Positions 39,728-51,296 of a stretch of 64,000 nucleotides of DNA are shown here, piece by piece. The notes below the pieces were generated by a model that was not told the DNA's origin, did not search any database, and worked only from the letters and a program-made list of their open reading frames with translations. The translations under genes and the position numbers were made by a program. Position 1 is the first letter of the stretch; each line of letters begins with the position of its first letter. This DNA is from Hydrolagus colliei (Eukaryota), in the NCBI GenBank assembly GCA_035084275.1, contig CM068745.1, positions 70,184,001 to 70,248,000 on the forward strand, written 5' to 3'.

Positions 39728-40500
39728 AACAACAACTTCCATTTATAAAGCATCCTTCATGGGGAGGGAGGGGCCCTTAACAGTGTTGGAGCTTGATGCT
39801 AGGCCAGGGAGAGAGCGGAGGCGACCGCCATGGTTGAAGGGCAAGGTCTTCGGGTGTGATCTGAAGATGGACAAGGAGGGGGCATTGTGAAAGAATTGAA
39901 GCAGAGAGTTCCAGAATCTCGGGGCTGACGGTGGAGCAGTAGGGAAAAGTGATGTGCAGGAGGCTGAAGCAAGCTATGTGAAGGGGGGCACCTGGAGTAA
40001 TGAGGTGTAAGCAGTTGGAGAGGTAGGGACGTGCAAGAGCATGAAGCAATTATACATGAGTCAAAATTCAACTGTTCTGCAATAGGGAGCCAGTGGATCT
40101 TGGCATGGACTGCAGTGATGGGGGTGTGGAGTTAGGACCCATGAGGCTATTGGCAGTAGAGTTTGAATTACATATATTTGGATTTTATGGCTGGTGAGGA
40201 TGGCTTTGGAAACATCAAGGCGAGAGGTGATGAATGTATAGATAAGAGCTTTGGCCTAATTAGGTACAAGGTATGGTCGGAAGCAGGCAATGTGATGGAG
40301 GTGGAGATAAGTGGTCCTGGACAGGGATAAAATGTGGGGTAGCAAGGAGACCTGAGGATGAAAACTGACCCCCTTAAGTTGCATATAGGTGCAGTAACTC
40401 TGAAGGATAGGCAGAGAAGTTTAAGGAAATCAGAGTCTCCTTCTCCAAGTGAGAAGACATTGATAATAGCCAGAGGATGGCTTCCATCTTGTCAACATTT
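39728..40500 (-). mobile_element. Older L2 LINE fragment, tail-to-tail with a short + strand L2 tail at about 39665-39720
   Basis: aacaacaacttccatttataaagc tail; the minus-strand ORF begins LHALARPYLSNCL. Confidence 0.7.
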
Positions 40501-40505
40501 AATGT

Positions 40506-40808
40506 AGTCTTGAAGCTCAGTGGTTAGAGCACTCGCCTTATAAGAAAAAAACCTGTGTTTGATTCCAGGTAGGCCGAAATCTTGGGCAAGTTTCCTTACA
40601 CCACATGCCTGATAATAATCTCTCTTAAACAAAAATTGGTCATTTCAATCTATGACTGTTTGTGGGTCACTGCTGTGCACTATTGGCTGCCACGTTTCTC
40701 CCAAAAATATACAGTCAATTAGCTTTACAGCATGTTCTGTGAAGCGCTTTGAAACGTCTTGAAGACGTCATAAGATGCTATATCAAACGTAAGGAGTATT
40801 ATTATTAT
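40506..40808 (+). mobile_element. SINE family A, short form
   Basis: Matches the family-A consensus. Confidence 0.88.
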
Positions 40809-43800
40809 TTAAGAACATTTAGGATCATGTGGCAATATGCTAAGACACTTATGTGTGACAATGTGCTGCTAAATGGACATCTGCTACAGCTGCTCACATC
40901 TCAGTGCTCAATGAAGAAAGTGGTGCCACAGCTGCATTTACTAAACCAACAATTCAAGAGTATTTATTTACTGACTGGTAATTAGATCAGCAGAAGTAAG
41001 AGGGTCAATTTTGTTTTGCTCACTTAAATTTCCATTGCTTCACATGATTTATATAAACATATGCTATTATTAAGGTAGTAAAGTAAGATGTCTCCTGATC
41101 TGGACTTAGTAGGATGCTCTAAAGCATTAGAAATTGTCTGCTTTAATTATTCACAGGTTTGAGATATACTCTAACATCTAAGTACCATTAATAATAATAA
41201 TCCTTGAATTTGAAATAGATAGACATCACATTTTTGATACGTCTCAAAGGGTTTTTCTTGGAATATATGCAGTACTGTAAAGTGAATTCATTGTATTAAA
41301 GTTGCCTTTAATTCATAAAATCAAAACCTGGATATTTTGTTGAGATATATTTTTTTGCCGGAAAGAAGGAAATCAAGATGAAAAATTTATCCCCAAAACA
41401 CCTCAAATACATTTGGTGAAAATTCTGATTTGTTTTGGGCTACTCACTTAACTCTCGCATCTCAAAACCAGCCTCACTACAATGTCAGTTCCAGTTTCTA
41501 TTTAATCATTGGATAGAAATTAAAGAGAGAGCCATGATTGCAAACATAAATAGCATTCAACAAAACCTTGTTGAATGCATCAAATTTCATTTTAGCTTTA
41601 GAAAAATTCCTGTTTTATTTATAACCAATTTCTTTGACAGCTTTTTACCTGGGTGTTCCTGGAAATAAAATAACTCATTTTGGTAAACTATTAATTATTA
41701 AATGCTACATTTAATAAACTGTTGCAGCTTTCTATTAGTTCTGCTCTTTGCTGCAGAAATGACGTAAAAAGACCTCTCCTAGATCAAGTGATGCATTGCC
41801 ACCAGTTAAGTCAGTTACTGTGTTTGCAATTACTATGAGTAATTGGATGTCATTCCACATATTATACTATTTAATTGATCAACATAACATCACATTCATA
41901 GCAAAGGCAGATATTATGATAGATACATTGAAGGCTCAATATAAATGCAAGTTGTTATTGATAAACATGTAGCATATTGTTAATAATAATAAGCCTTGCA
42001 TTTGATATAGTGCCTATCACATCTTCAAGATGTCTCAAAGTGCTTCACAGAATATACTGTAAAGTGTAGTGACTGCATATTATGTATGAAACGCAGCAGC
42101 CAATTACACACAGCAGTGTCCCACAAATAGTCATGTTGTTTTGTATTGTTCACATTATAAAACAAAATTGTACCTTCATTACTTCACAGCATTTTTGCGC
42201 ACTGAGCAGAAGTGCGCAAAAATAGAGCAGAAATTCTAAGCGTAGCAATGAAACTGCTAATCTGCAAAAGGTATGTCATTTAGTGAGTATATATGGATAT
42301 AGGAGGTAAATATAGACAAAATTATTTTGAACTGTTTTAGAATTTTTTGATGGTTGTGGTACTAATTCCAAATCAATCATCTCCTCATTTAACAAAAGGC
42401 AAAATACTGCAGATAAAAAAGAAGTCACTGGGAGCACAGCAGGTCAGGCAGCATCGCCTCATTTAATTTGATTGAGCTAGTTGAGCATTTGTTCACCTAT
42501 CAAATTGCATGATTTGGAGTACAACACAATCAGAGACTAACTGGGAATGACAGACTCCAGTGCACATAATCCTTTTGGAGATTCTGAGTGGAGGTTTTCC
42601 TAGTGGCAACAGATACTGATTTTAAGGCACATCCAAGCAGTTATTTGGAGAAGAGCATGGATTAGACACCCATTCTCGTCATTTAAAATACTCCTACAGG
42701 CCCACAAGATCCCTGGTTTAGCCATCTAGTAAAGACCCTGAAGCATGATAGCCCTAATCCTAATTCTTCTTTCTCTTGGAGCATTAGTCTTTATGTCGGC
42801 TAGAGGACACCACCTGATACAACAACAAAACAACAAAATTACATTTGTAGAGCGCCTTTCATGTTGGTGTTTTCTCCTGATGAGGAGATATCAAATGGAT
42901 GTGGAGGAAGAGTTGCTAGTCCTGTCCCTTCACTTGCTCATCAATGTGGAATATGCTGGAAAGAAATCATAGTTTCCACATTGCCATAAAATGGTTAAAT
43001 GTAGTTGCGAAGGAAATGTTAGGGTATTAACTTTGTGGGCATTTTGCCCACAAAATATATAGTCAATTAATTTATAGTATGTTTTGCGAAGCGCTTTAAG
43101 ACGTCTCACAGACAAGTTAAGGCAGTATATCAAAGGATTATTACTATCAACAGATGGAACAAGGGTGACTATTTATTTGTGACTATTTGGATGTCACCCA
43201 GTTCATCCTTCCAGTGCTCCTCAGATAATTATATTTATATTCCTCACCCTCTGGAATTCCATCCTGGAATCATTCCCTTTGCCTCTTTTAAGGCCTGTCT
43301 CAAGACCTATCTCTTTGACCATGGCTTCTAGGACACACTTCTGTCATTTCCCCTCCCTTTCCATGAAGCCATGGTGCCATTAAACACTCTAGGACGCTAC
43401 CCAGGCAAAGGGCGCTATATAAATGCAAGTTGTTGTTGGTGGTGGCATTTTTAGTTAACCTTGACATGCAATCAAGCATTTTTATCTAAAAATTGCAGGT
43501 GACTGCTGACTTGTCAATACAATGTGAATTGTATTTATTAAAAGAGCTTCTGAAATGATCTATTTGAATGAAGTTCCTCTTCTTTTTCAATGTCCTCCCT
43601 ACCAGGCACTATGCCATTCTGAGGCAGTATGAAAGCTACTCTGAAACCACCAACTAGATATGTGAAACAAGAATGTGTTAACGTATCCTACCATGTTCTG
43701 TATCTAAGTGTTGGAAGATTGGGAATTCCATTCATTGGGAATTTTAATTGAAAACCTGTAGTTTTCTTCCTGCCCCCTCCTCAGTGAAACAAGTTTATTA

Positions 43801-44139
43801 AGGAACTCAATCCAAAGATTTGGAAGTTACTTTTGGAATTGGGATGGAGAAAAGAAACAGCCTGTTTTAATGTGAATGAAAAACATAGTTGTGCAGCAAC
43901 CATAACAAATTGCATTTAGATAGTTCCTTTCACATAAAATAAAGTATCAATGTTCCTGCATTTGATATACAGTACTGTACTGTAGAACCTATGAAGTTGA
44001 AACGTCTAAATCACAGTAATTTGAAATTACTTTGTTGGCAATCACAGTAGCAAATTTGCACACCAGTGTGTTCCACATACAACCAGATGGTAAATGATAC
44101 AAGTTTAACTGGAGGATTGCCGGCCAATATACCAGATCA

Positions 44140-44625
44140 TATGCTTTGTATGATGGCTTTTTGGCCCATCCAATCTCATCCACCCATAATACCCACCCGA
44201 CCATCCTTGTATCACAGCATCAAGCTACTTGATGGATGAGTCCACGTCTTGGCCTCTGCCACCCTCCCTGGTAACCTGTTCCAGTTATTAGTTAAAGAGG
44301 AACTTCCCGGTATCTGTCCTGAAATTACCCTTTACAACTCTAAATAGAGGTCCACTTCGATTGTCTTGATGCATCTTAAAGTGTTGCTTGTGGGTTTACT
44401 TTTTCAAACCCATTTAAAAATGAGATACCCACTGAGTCTTTTCTCAAGACTGAAGAGCCCTAGCTTGTCTAATGGTTGCTCATAGTTCATTCCTTCAACA
44501 TTGAGAATCAACCTTATTGCTCTCCCCCATCCCGCCTCTAGATCCTGTGCTGAACTCCAAGTGTTGGCTTGACCAATGCACTACCGGTCTGAGTATAACC
44601 TCTGGCAATCTCAGATCAACTGATT
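44140..44625 (-). mobile_element. Degraded CR1 3' fragment
   Basis: ttggcccatc...ccaccctccctggtaacctgttcca...ctcaagactgaagagccctagc...ctccaagtgttgg is the reverse complement of a CR1 C-terminus/3'UTR. Confidence 0.7.
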
Positions 44626-45593
44626 ACTGGGAGAAAATGTGTTCTCTTTTCAAATACTGTGGTGAATTGTTTTGTTGCAGGACATCAGTTCAACATCTCA
44701 TCCTGAGAATGGCACCTCCAACAACGCAGCCCTTCCCCAGCATTACAATGGGTTGTCAACCTAGACTCTCTGAGCTCAAAGGCCCCAACAGGACACACAT
44801 GAACACACAATCTCCAGGCAAGTGATCTACCCGCCCCACAAAGCTGACACTTGGATGAAATAAGGGATTTAAAGAAGTTGACCAAAGGAAGTATTGTAGT
44901 CCCTTTCATTTTGGTTTCAGATATTCAAATGTTTACCATGGAACAACAATAATGTTTACCAGGAATAGTAATAATAATAATCATCCTTGCAGTTGATATG
45001 CAGTAGTGCTTTTCACATCTTCTAAATGTCTCAAAGCGCTTCACAGAATATACTGTAAAGTGAATTGACTGTACATTTGTGGGCGAAATAGACAAATTAT
45101 TTAGAGGAATTTAGGATTCAGACACCCCCAAAGTGCCAGCTTTATGAAAACAATAAACATACAGTTATATACCATTTGTGAGGACTTTTGCTTAGACGCC
45201 AAACGTTTGAGATGCAGTGTGAAGTTAATCTGGTTAATGGAATAACTGGAAACTCATGCAGTAATTCACAGGAGCTCTGTGTTTGCGAGTGAAAATCAAA
45301 AAGATTTACACTGATCAGAAAGACTCCTTCAACGCCGAAGCAGCCTGAGTGAGTCTCGACTCAGCTCAAGTTAAGACACATTTCTGTGTGATATATTACT
45401 TTGTTGTTGTTTTTTTTTTAAATGGGGTCTAAAACATTTGCAATGTCTGTGAAATCACGCATGCCATTCGATTATCCGCTTTACCCCCTGTGCTGAGCTT
45501 GTCTTAAACTTTGTGCAAATCGGGCCTCACAAAAAAACATATACTGTACAAAAAAACAACTGTCTTGTGTAATGGACCGTCCTCCACATAGGC

Positions 45594-46047
45594 TGTGTGT
45601 GTGTGTGTGAGACACGTGTGTGTATATGTATGTGAGAGACGTGTGAGTGTGAGAGACCTGTGTGTGTGTGAGAGACCTATGTGTATATGTGTGTGAGACC
45701 TGTGTGTGTGTGAGACCTGTGTGTATATGTGTGTGAGACCTGTGTGTATATGTGTGTGAGACCTGTGTGTATATGTGTGAGAGACCTGTGTGTATATGTG
45801 TGTGAGACCTGTGTGTATATGTGTGAGACCTGAGTGTGTGTGAGACCTGTGTGTATATGTGTGTGAGACCTGTGTGTATATGTGTGAGAGACCTGTGTGT
45901 ATATGTGTGTGAGACCTGTGTGTATATGTGTGAGAGACCTGAGTGTGTGTGAGACCTGTGTGTATATGTGAGAGACCTGTGTGTGTGTGAGACCTGTGTG
46001 TATATGTGTGTGAGACCTGAGTGTGTGTGTGAGAGAGAGAGAGACCT
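45594..46047. repeat. Minisatellite, ~15-23 bp unit GTGTGTATATGTGTGTGAGACCT
   Basis: About 20 tandem variants of (GT)n-ATAT-(GT)n-GAGACCT are directly visible. Confidence 0.95.
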
Positions 46048-46320
46048 GCTGTTGCTATGCGCGCAGCATTGCTGTGTTGCCGCGCTGTGTGGTACCCTGT
46101 GTTGTAGAGCCAGGCAGACATGCTCTGCTCTCACTCGACAGCGCCGCGGATCCCCGGGCTCTGCTTTGCTGTAGCGGCTTGTTACGGATGCCTTATTGCA
46201 CAGTAAGTGTTAGTTTGCAGTCGGCGGCGGTTTAGTGCACACAGTGCAACGCTCCCCCTCTCTGCTGTAGCGTCGAATCAGCCAACTCTCCAGCCCAGTC
46301 CAATAGCGCCATCACAGCTC

Positions 46321-46544
46321 TGCTTCTCTGCCTCCCGCCTGCCGTGCCTCCCTCCCTCCCTCCCTCCCTGCCTTCCTTGCCTGCCCTTCCTTGCCTACCC
46401 TCCCTACCCTGCTTCCCTCCCTCCCTGCCTGCCTGCCTCCCTCCCTTCCTTCCTTGCCTGCCCTGCCTTCCTTCCTTGCCTGCCTCCTTCCCTCCCTGCT
46501 TCCCTTCCTTCCTTGCCTGCCCTGCCTACCCTGCCCTGCCTGCC
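46321..46544. repeat. Pyrimidine-rich low-complexity tract (CCTG/CCTT/CCTC/CCTA)
   Basis: About 220 bp almost entirely C/T on the + strand. Confidence 0.9.
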
Positions 46545-46645
46545 AGTGATTAAAGGGGATGATGCTAATGGAGCGTCTAATAAAAAGCACAAGGTAGATT
46601 TTACGAATCGATTCTCCCAGGACACTGTCTCCCTGAAAGATAAGA

Positions 46646-46963
46646 CTCACTCAGTCACTCAGTCACTCACTCACCGTGTGTGTTATTCTGTGTGTGTGTG
46701 TGTGTGTAGGGGGGGGGGGGGGGAGGGCAGACATGCATCAGCAGCAGCAGCAATGATATGGACCCACACGCAGAGAGAGGAAGAGGAGGAGGAGGAGATG
46801 GAGATGAGGTGGCTGCCGGTGGCACAGCTTTGAATTGAAAAATCAGGAGAGGAAGAAGCAGCAGAAGAAAACAGAAAGATAAAGAAGGAGTGGGAGGGAG
46901 AGAGAGAGAGAGAGAGAGAGAGGGTGAGGGGGGGGGGGGGGGGGGGGAAGTAAACCCCCCCCC
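46646..46963. repeat. Simple-repeat cluster: (TCAC)n, (GT)n, G15, (CAG)n, (GAG)n, (GA)n, G20, C9
   Basis: G15 at 46709-46723, G20 at 46928-46947, C9 at 46955-46963, (GA)n at about 46900-46921. Confidence 0.9.
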
Positions 46964-47098
46964 ACAGTAAAGTATATTGGCGGCACCTTGGTTTGGTTTG
47001 AAGGAGGCGGGAGTTTCCCCCGATGCCGGCTGGAGCCTATGGTTTGGTCCTGGCTGCTCAGACCGGGTGTGATCGTCGCCCTGCTGCTGGGCTGGAGA

Positions 47099-47455
47099 AT
47101 GCTGCGGCAGCTTTTGCACCGGGGGCTGAAGACCTGCTTCTACAGGCTGGGCTTCTTCATCGGGAACCACCCGGTGTTTTTCGCCTCGGCGCCCGTGCTG
47201 CTGGCCATCCTGTTCGGGGCCAGTTTCAGCCGCTACCGGGTGGAGGATAACGTGGAGTACCTGTTCGCCCCCAGGCACAGCCTGGCCAAGATCGAGCGCA
47301 CCTTGGTCAACAGCCTCTTCCCGGTCAACGCGTCCAAACACCTGCTGTACTCCGACCTGCAGAGCCCGGGACCGTACGGCCGCATCATCATCATCGGCTC
47401 CCCTCCCGCAGCCGGCAATCTGCTGGATACACACCACACCCGGCTCATCCTCAAG
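47099..47455 (+). CDS. PTCHD1: Patched domain-containing protein 1, coding exon 1 (119 codons, phase-0 end); alternative in-frame start at 47039
   Basis: Translation [46 protein letters not shown]...[36 protein letters not shown]...HHTRLILK closely matches the PTCHD1 N-terminus as I recall it (MLRQVLHRGLRTCFSRLG...HHTDLILK). The ATG has A at -3. Donor AAG|GTGATC at 47455/47456. Confidence 0.95.
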
Positions 47456-47506
47456 GTGATCCCTCTCTCCCTCTCCCTCTCTCCCTCTCTCTCCCACTCT
47501 CTCTCC

Positions 47507-47701
47507 NNNNNNNNNNNNNNNNNNNNNNNNNNNNNNNNNNNNNNNNNNNNNNNNNNNNNNNNNNNNNNNNNNNNNNNNNNNNNNNNNNNNNNNNNNNNNN
47601 NNNNNNNNNNNNNNNNNNNNNNNNNNNNNNNNNNNNNNNNNNNNNNNNNNNNNNNNNNNNNNNNNNNNNNNNNNNNNNNNNNNNNNNNNNNNNNNNNNNN
47701 N
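47507..47701. other. Assembly gap (195 N)
   Basis: Run of N. Confidence 1.
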
Positions 47702-48092
47702 CTATCTCTCTGTCCCTGTCTATCTCTCTGTCCCTGTCTATCTCTCTGTCCCTGTCTATCTCTCTGTCCCTGTCTCTCTCTGTCTCTGTCTATCTCTCTG
47801 TCCCTGTCTATCTCTCTGTCCCTGTCTATCTCTCTGTCCCTGTCTATCTCTNNNNNNNNNNNNNNNNNNNNNNNNNNNNNNNNNNNNNNNNNNNNNNNNN
47901 NNNNNNNNNNNNNNNNNNNNNNNNNNNNNNNNNNNNNNNNNNNNNNNNNNNNNNNNNNNNNNNNNNNNNNNNNNNNNNNNNNNNNNNNNNNNNCTCTGTC
48001 CCTGTGTATCTCTCTGTCCCTGTGTATCTCTCTGTCCCTGTGTATCTCTCTGTCCCTGTCTATCTCTCTGTCCCTGTCTCTCTCTATCTCTC
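47702..48092. repeat. 18-bp minisatellite CTATCTCTCTGTCCCTGT in PTCHD1 intron 1, interrupted by a gap
   Basis: Tandem copies on both sides of the second N run. Confidence 0.9.
47852..47993. other. Assembly gap (142 N)
   Basis: Run of N. Confidence 1.
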
Positions 48093-48159
48093 CACCAGCA
48101 ACCCACCCCTCATGCTTTGCCGTTACCTATTGCATGTTGATAAGTAGGAGAAATCTGAA

Positions 48160-48510
48160 CCTGAAGCCTCACAGCAAACAGTTGAACGTGGGGAGGGGTG
48201 GGTTGGTGTTAGTGTGTGTTTTGTCCAACGATCAGCTCATATTATTATTAATAGTGTTCGTATTATATCAGTTTCAATTAAGGGGAAAGGCAGAGAGACA
48301 CAGGAGCCCACAAAGCCCACAGTGAACGCCGTTTTTGTGTAGTGTGTGTGTGTGTTCTGTCCAAAGATCAGCTCATATTATTATTGATATTATTATGATA
48401 TCCAATTTTAATGGGGGAAGGGAGGAGAAATATTAACCGCAAAGCCCACAGCACTGATTTTTTGTTGGTAGTGTGTGTGTGTGTTTCGTCCGAAGATCAT
48501 CACATATTCA
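48160..48510. repeat. Diverged ~130-bp tandem repeat (2-3 units)
   Basis: Motif AAAGCCCACAG...TAGTGTGTGT...TGTCCAA(A/C)GATCAGCTCATATTATTATT recurs, with its TAGTGTGTGT part at about 48210, 48340 and 48469. Confidence 0.75.
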
Positions 48511-49846
48511 TATGTATAATTTGAAACTGTATCCAACAATATATGTATTATTTACTTGTTCGGAATGATGGTATATTGTTGTAACAATTATGTGATCACC
48601 TATAAAATAACAAATCATTATTCTTAATAATATTTTATAGTTTTAAAGGGATGGTGATGGGGGTGGGGGAGGGAGGGAGGGGGAGTCGCAGTTAACTGGC
48701 TTCATTTATTTGCTGAGTGGTGATACTGAAGGAATTTAAATGACTGAAGAAAATGTTAAATTAAATACATGGGGGGCGATGGGGGTTGAGATTTGCTGAA
48801 TTGGTCTGAATGGCTGTAAACAGTGAAACAGCTGATTAATGAAAGGGAAAAGGAAGAAAAAAAAATCTAGAGGTGATACTTCGCATTGAAAGAATGACTG
48901 ATGCCTGACAGAATGACTGGAGCAATGCCATTCCCAGCTGTTGTCCCGTTTGCTGGTAAGTTGGGATGGATCCTTTTGGGATTGGCTCCCGAGGCAGAAT
49001 GCGCTTTGCTTATCCCTGACCACGGCTGATGTGAGGGAGGGAGAGACAGACAGAGAGAGAGAGAGAGAGAGCATCTCTGTACGATCCGGGTATTATAGGC
49101 AGTAACCCAGCCTCGATGGACGTGCTCTCAGTTTCCACTCGGATGCCATCCAGAGCATCTCTCACAGACAACCAGTGCAGAGCGTGACTGTGCGACAGGA
49201 AGCGTTTGCTGGACAGCTCAGGCCACTGTACACCCACCCAGGGCAGGGCAGGGAGCCAGGCGGCGTGTGGGTCTCGCCAGCCAGTGATCGTGTGTGAATC
49301 AGGGACTGATGGTCACCATCTCCTCAGCTCCCCCGCTCGCAGGTGGAAATGTGCTCTTCAGGGCAATGGCTGGACATCTCTGCTTCCAAGTTCTGTGCAG
49401 TAACGTTGATATTTGTTGCCAGTTAGCCCCCCCCCCCCCCCCCCCTCACACTGACCCATTTACAACCCATGTGATGCCAACTGCCTTTATTCCCTCACTG
49501 ACATATCCTCTTTTCAGAATTACGAATAAGTTCATTTTATGCGAAGAAATACAAATATGCTGTAAACACATGTCCCGAGGATATGTCATTGGCTATAGAT
49601 GTATTTTATACGGCCATTATTGCTCTTTCAAAATAAAAGCGGAATAAAATCTGGCCTCTTCCTAGGTTACCTTAACATGACCAACATTACCAATGGTTAA
49701 AAGCGAAGTCTAGATGAAGTACTTTCAATGAAAAGTATTATCTCCAGATTTTTTGTTCCCTTTCAATGACCTTTGGGCTGTTTTACTGTTTGCGGCTGTT
49801 GAGATCAGCCAAGAAACTTGTTTTCTATGTGTTGGGTTCAATATTT

Positions 49847-50103
49847 GGAATCCTGTAGCTCAGTGGTTAGAGCACTTGCCTTGTAAGCAAGAGACCTGGG
49901 TTCAGATCCAGGCAGGACAAAACCTTGGGCAAGTTTCCTTACTCCACACGCCTGATAATAATCCCTAAAAATAAATAATAAATTGGTCATTTCAATCCAC
50001 GACTGTTTATGGGACACTGCTGTGCGCAATTGGCTGTCGCATTTTGCCCACAAATACACAGTCAATTCACTTTACGGTATATTCTGTGAAGCGCTTTGAG
50101 ACG
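49847..50103 (+). mobile_element. SINE family A, short form, in intron 1; followed by a minus-strand L2 fragment (about 50108-50280)
   Basis: Matches the family-A consensus up to GCGCTTTGAGACG. Confidence 0.9.
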
Positions 50104-51296
50104 CTCTGCACCTGAGCTGGTTGGGATCAGAAGGGGTATAGGGCAGTGAGGGTAGGGATAGGAGGTTAACTGAAGGCATGGTCTAAGAAGAGGGTTTTGA
50201 GACAGATCGTGAAGGAAGCAAGGGAGCGAGTGAGATGGAGGGACTGTGGAATGGAGTTCAGTGAGTGAAAGATTTGGAGAGGAGGAAAGGAAGCTGAGGA
50301 TTCGTAAATATTATGCATTTGAAATGAGTTACCCTACAAGCAAACCATTAGCAGTTTCAAATTTGTTTTTGATCTACAACAACAACTTCGATTTACATAG
50401 TGCCCTCCACGCCAGACGGCGTCTCAGAGCGCTTCAAATAAGTGAAGCATATACTGTATTATATGTTACCTCGTGCAATCCAACAGAGCTGCCTGCTCAC
50501 TTTCCTAAAACAATAATAAATTGGTCATTTCAATCCTTGACTGTTTGTGGGACCCTGCTGTGCACAAGTAGCTGCTGCATTTCTCCCACAAAATACATTC
50601 AATTCACTTTTCAGCATATTCTGTGAAGCGCTTTGAGACGTCTAGAAGACGTGAAAAGCGCTATATCAAATACAAGTATTGTTATTATTAATATTATCGT
50701 ATTAAGGTTGGATTATTCTGTAGCTTAAGATGCTCATTTCACATGAAAAAATGGGCATGTTCTCATTGAGTGAGCTGTTATGAGATTTGTTGTTTTCCTA
50801 TGTTTTCTAGGCTTCCAAGCTTAAGAGTAGGCAGTTTTACAAGGTTAATGAAGTGTAGACTGTCTCTCCTAAATTGAATACGTACATACATTGTTGTTGT
50901 TCCAGTTTTAAAAAAAACAATGGGACGGAGAACACAACAGCAGTGTTCTGAGACTATAATGTTCTGTTCAGTTGTTTATCCTGAATTGTAATCTTAAGCT
51001 ACTAATGCTAAACAGAAAGCTTTATTCTACTCCATGTACGATTAGCAATGATAAAATCAGATTAGTGAGATGACTGAAGTTTACCTCAATTGTATATTTC
51101 ACCATCAGTAATGCTAACATCATGATTACTACTGTTAATTACTTTCAAATTTCAATCAATAGTTTTTTCTGATAAGTTGTGAAGTTTTACTTAGAAATGC
51201 AAGTGAAATTCCTGTAAAATATAAGAATGATGTAGAATTGCTGCTTTTTTTGGTATACGATTACTCCTACAAAATCTTTTTATTTCTTCTTTCAAG

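Larger units (their letters stand above)
46050..47460 (+). promoter_or_regulatory. CpG-rich promoter / 5'UTR / exon 1 region of PTCHD1
   Basis: CpG density rises sharply at 46050-46320 and 46980-47450 compared with the CpG-poor flanks. CCAAT at 46300-46304. It lies immediately upstream of the first coding exon. The TSS cannot be determined. Confidence 0.6.

Noticed and set aside
45594-46047. CRISPR-like array
   Set aside because: Eukaryotic context; the units are tandem with no unique spacers.
45481-46134. His/Thr-rich 217-aa and 205-aa minus-strand ORFs
   Set aside because: Translation of the GT-rich minisatellite; no evidence of coding.
46125-46145. REST/NRSF RE1 site
   Set aside because: Only a right half-site (GACAGCGCC) is present; the TTCAGCACC half is missing.
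46207-46833. Pro/Leu-rich 208-aa ORF and the antisense Gly/Arg-rich ORFs
   Set aside because: Products of the pyrimidine low-complexity tract.
46667-47497. 276-aa antisense ORF over exon 1
   Set aside because: Expected shadow ORF of a GC-rich coding exon plus simple repeats.
46988-48325. 445-aa ORF as a single protein
   Set aside because: It starts at a TTG and reads through the exon-1 donor into minisatellite and N gaps. Only 47039/47099-47455 is coding.
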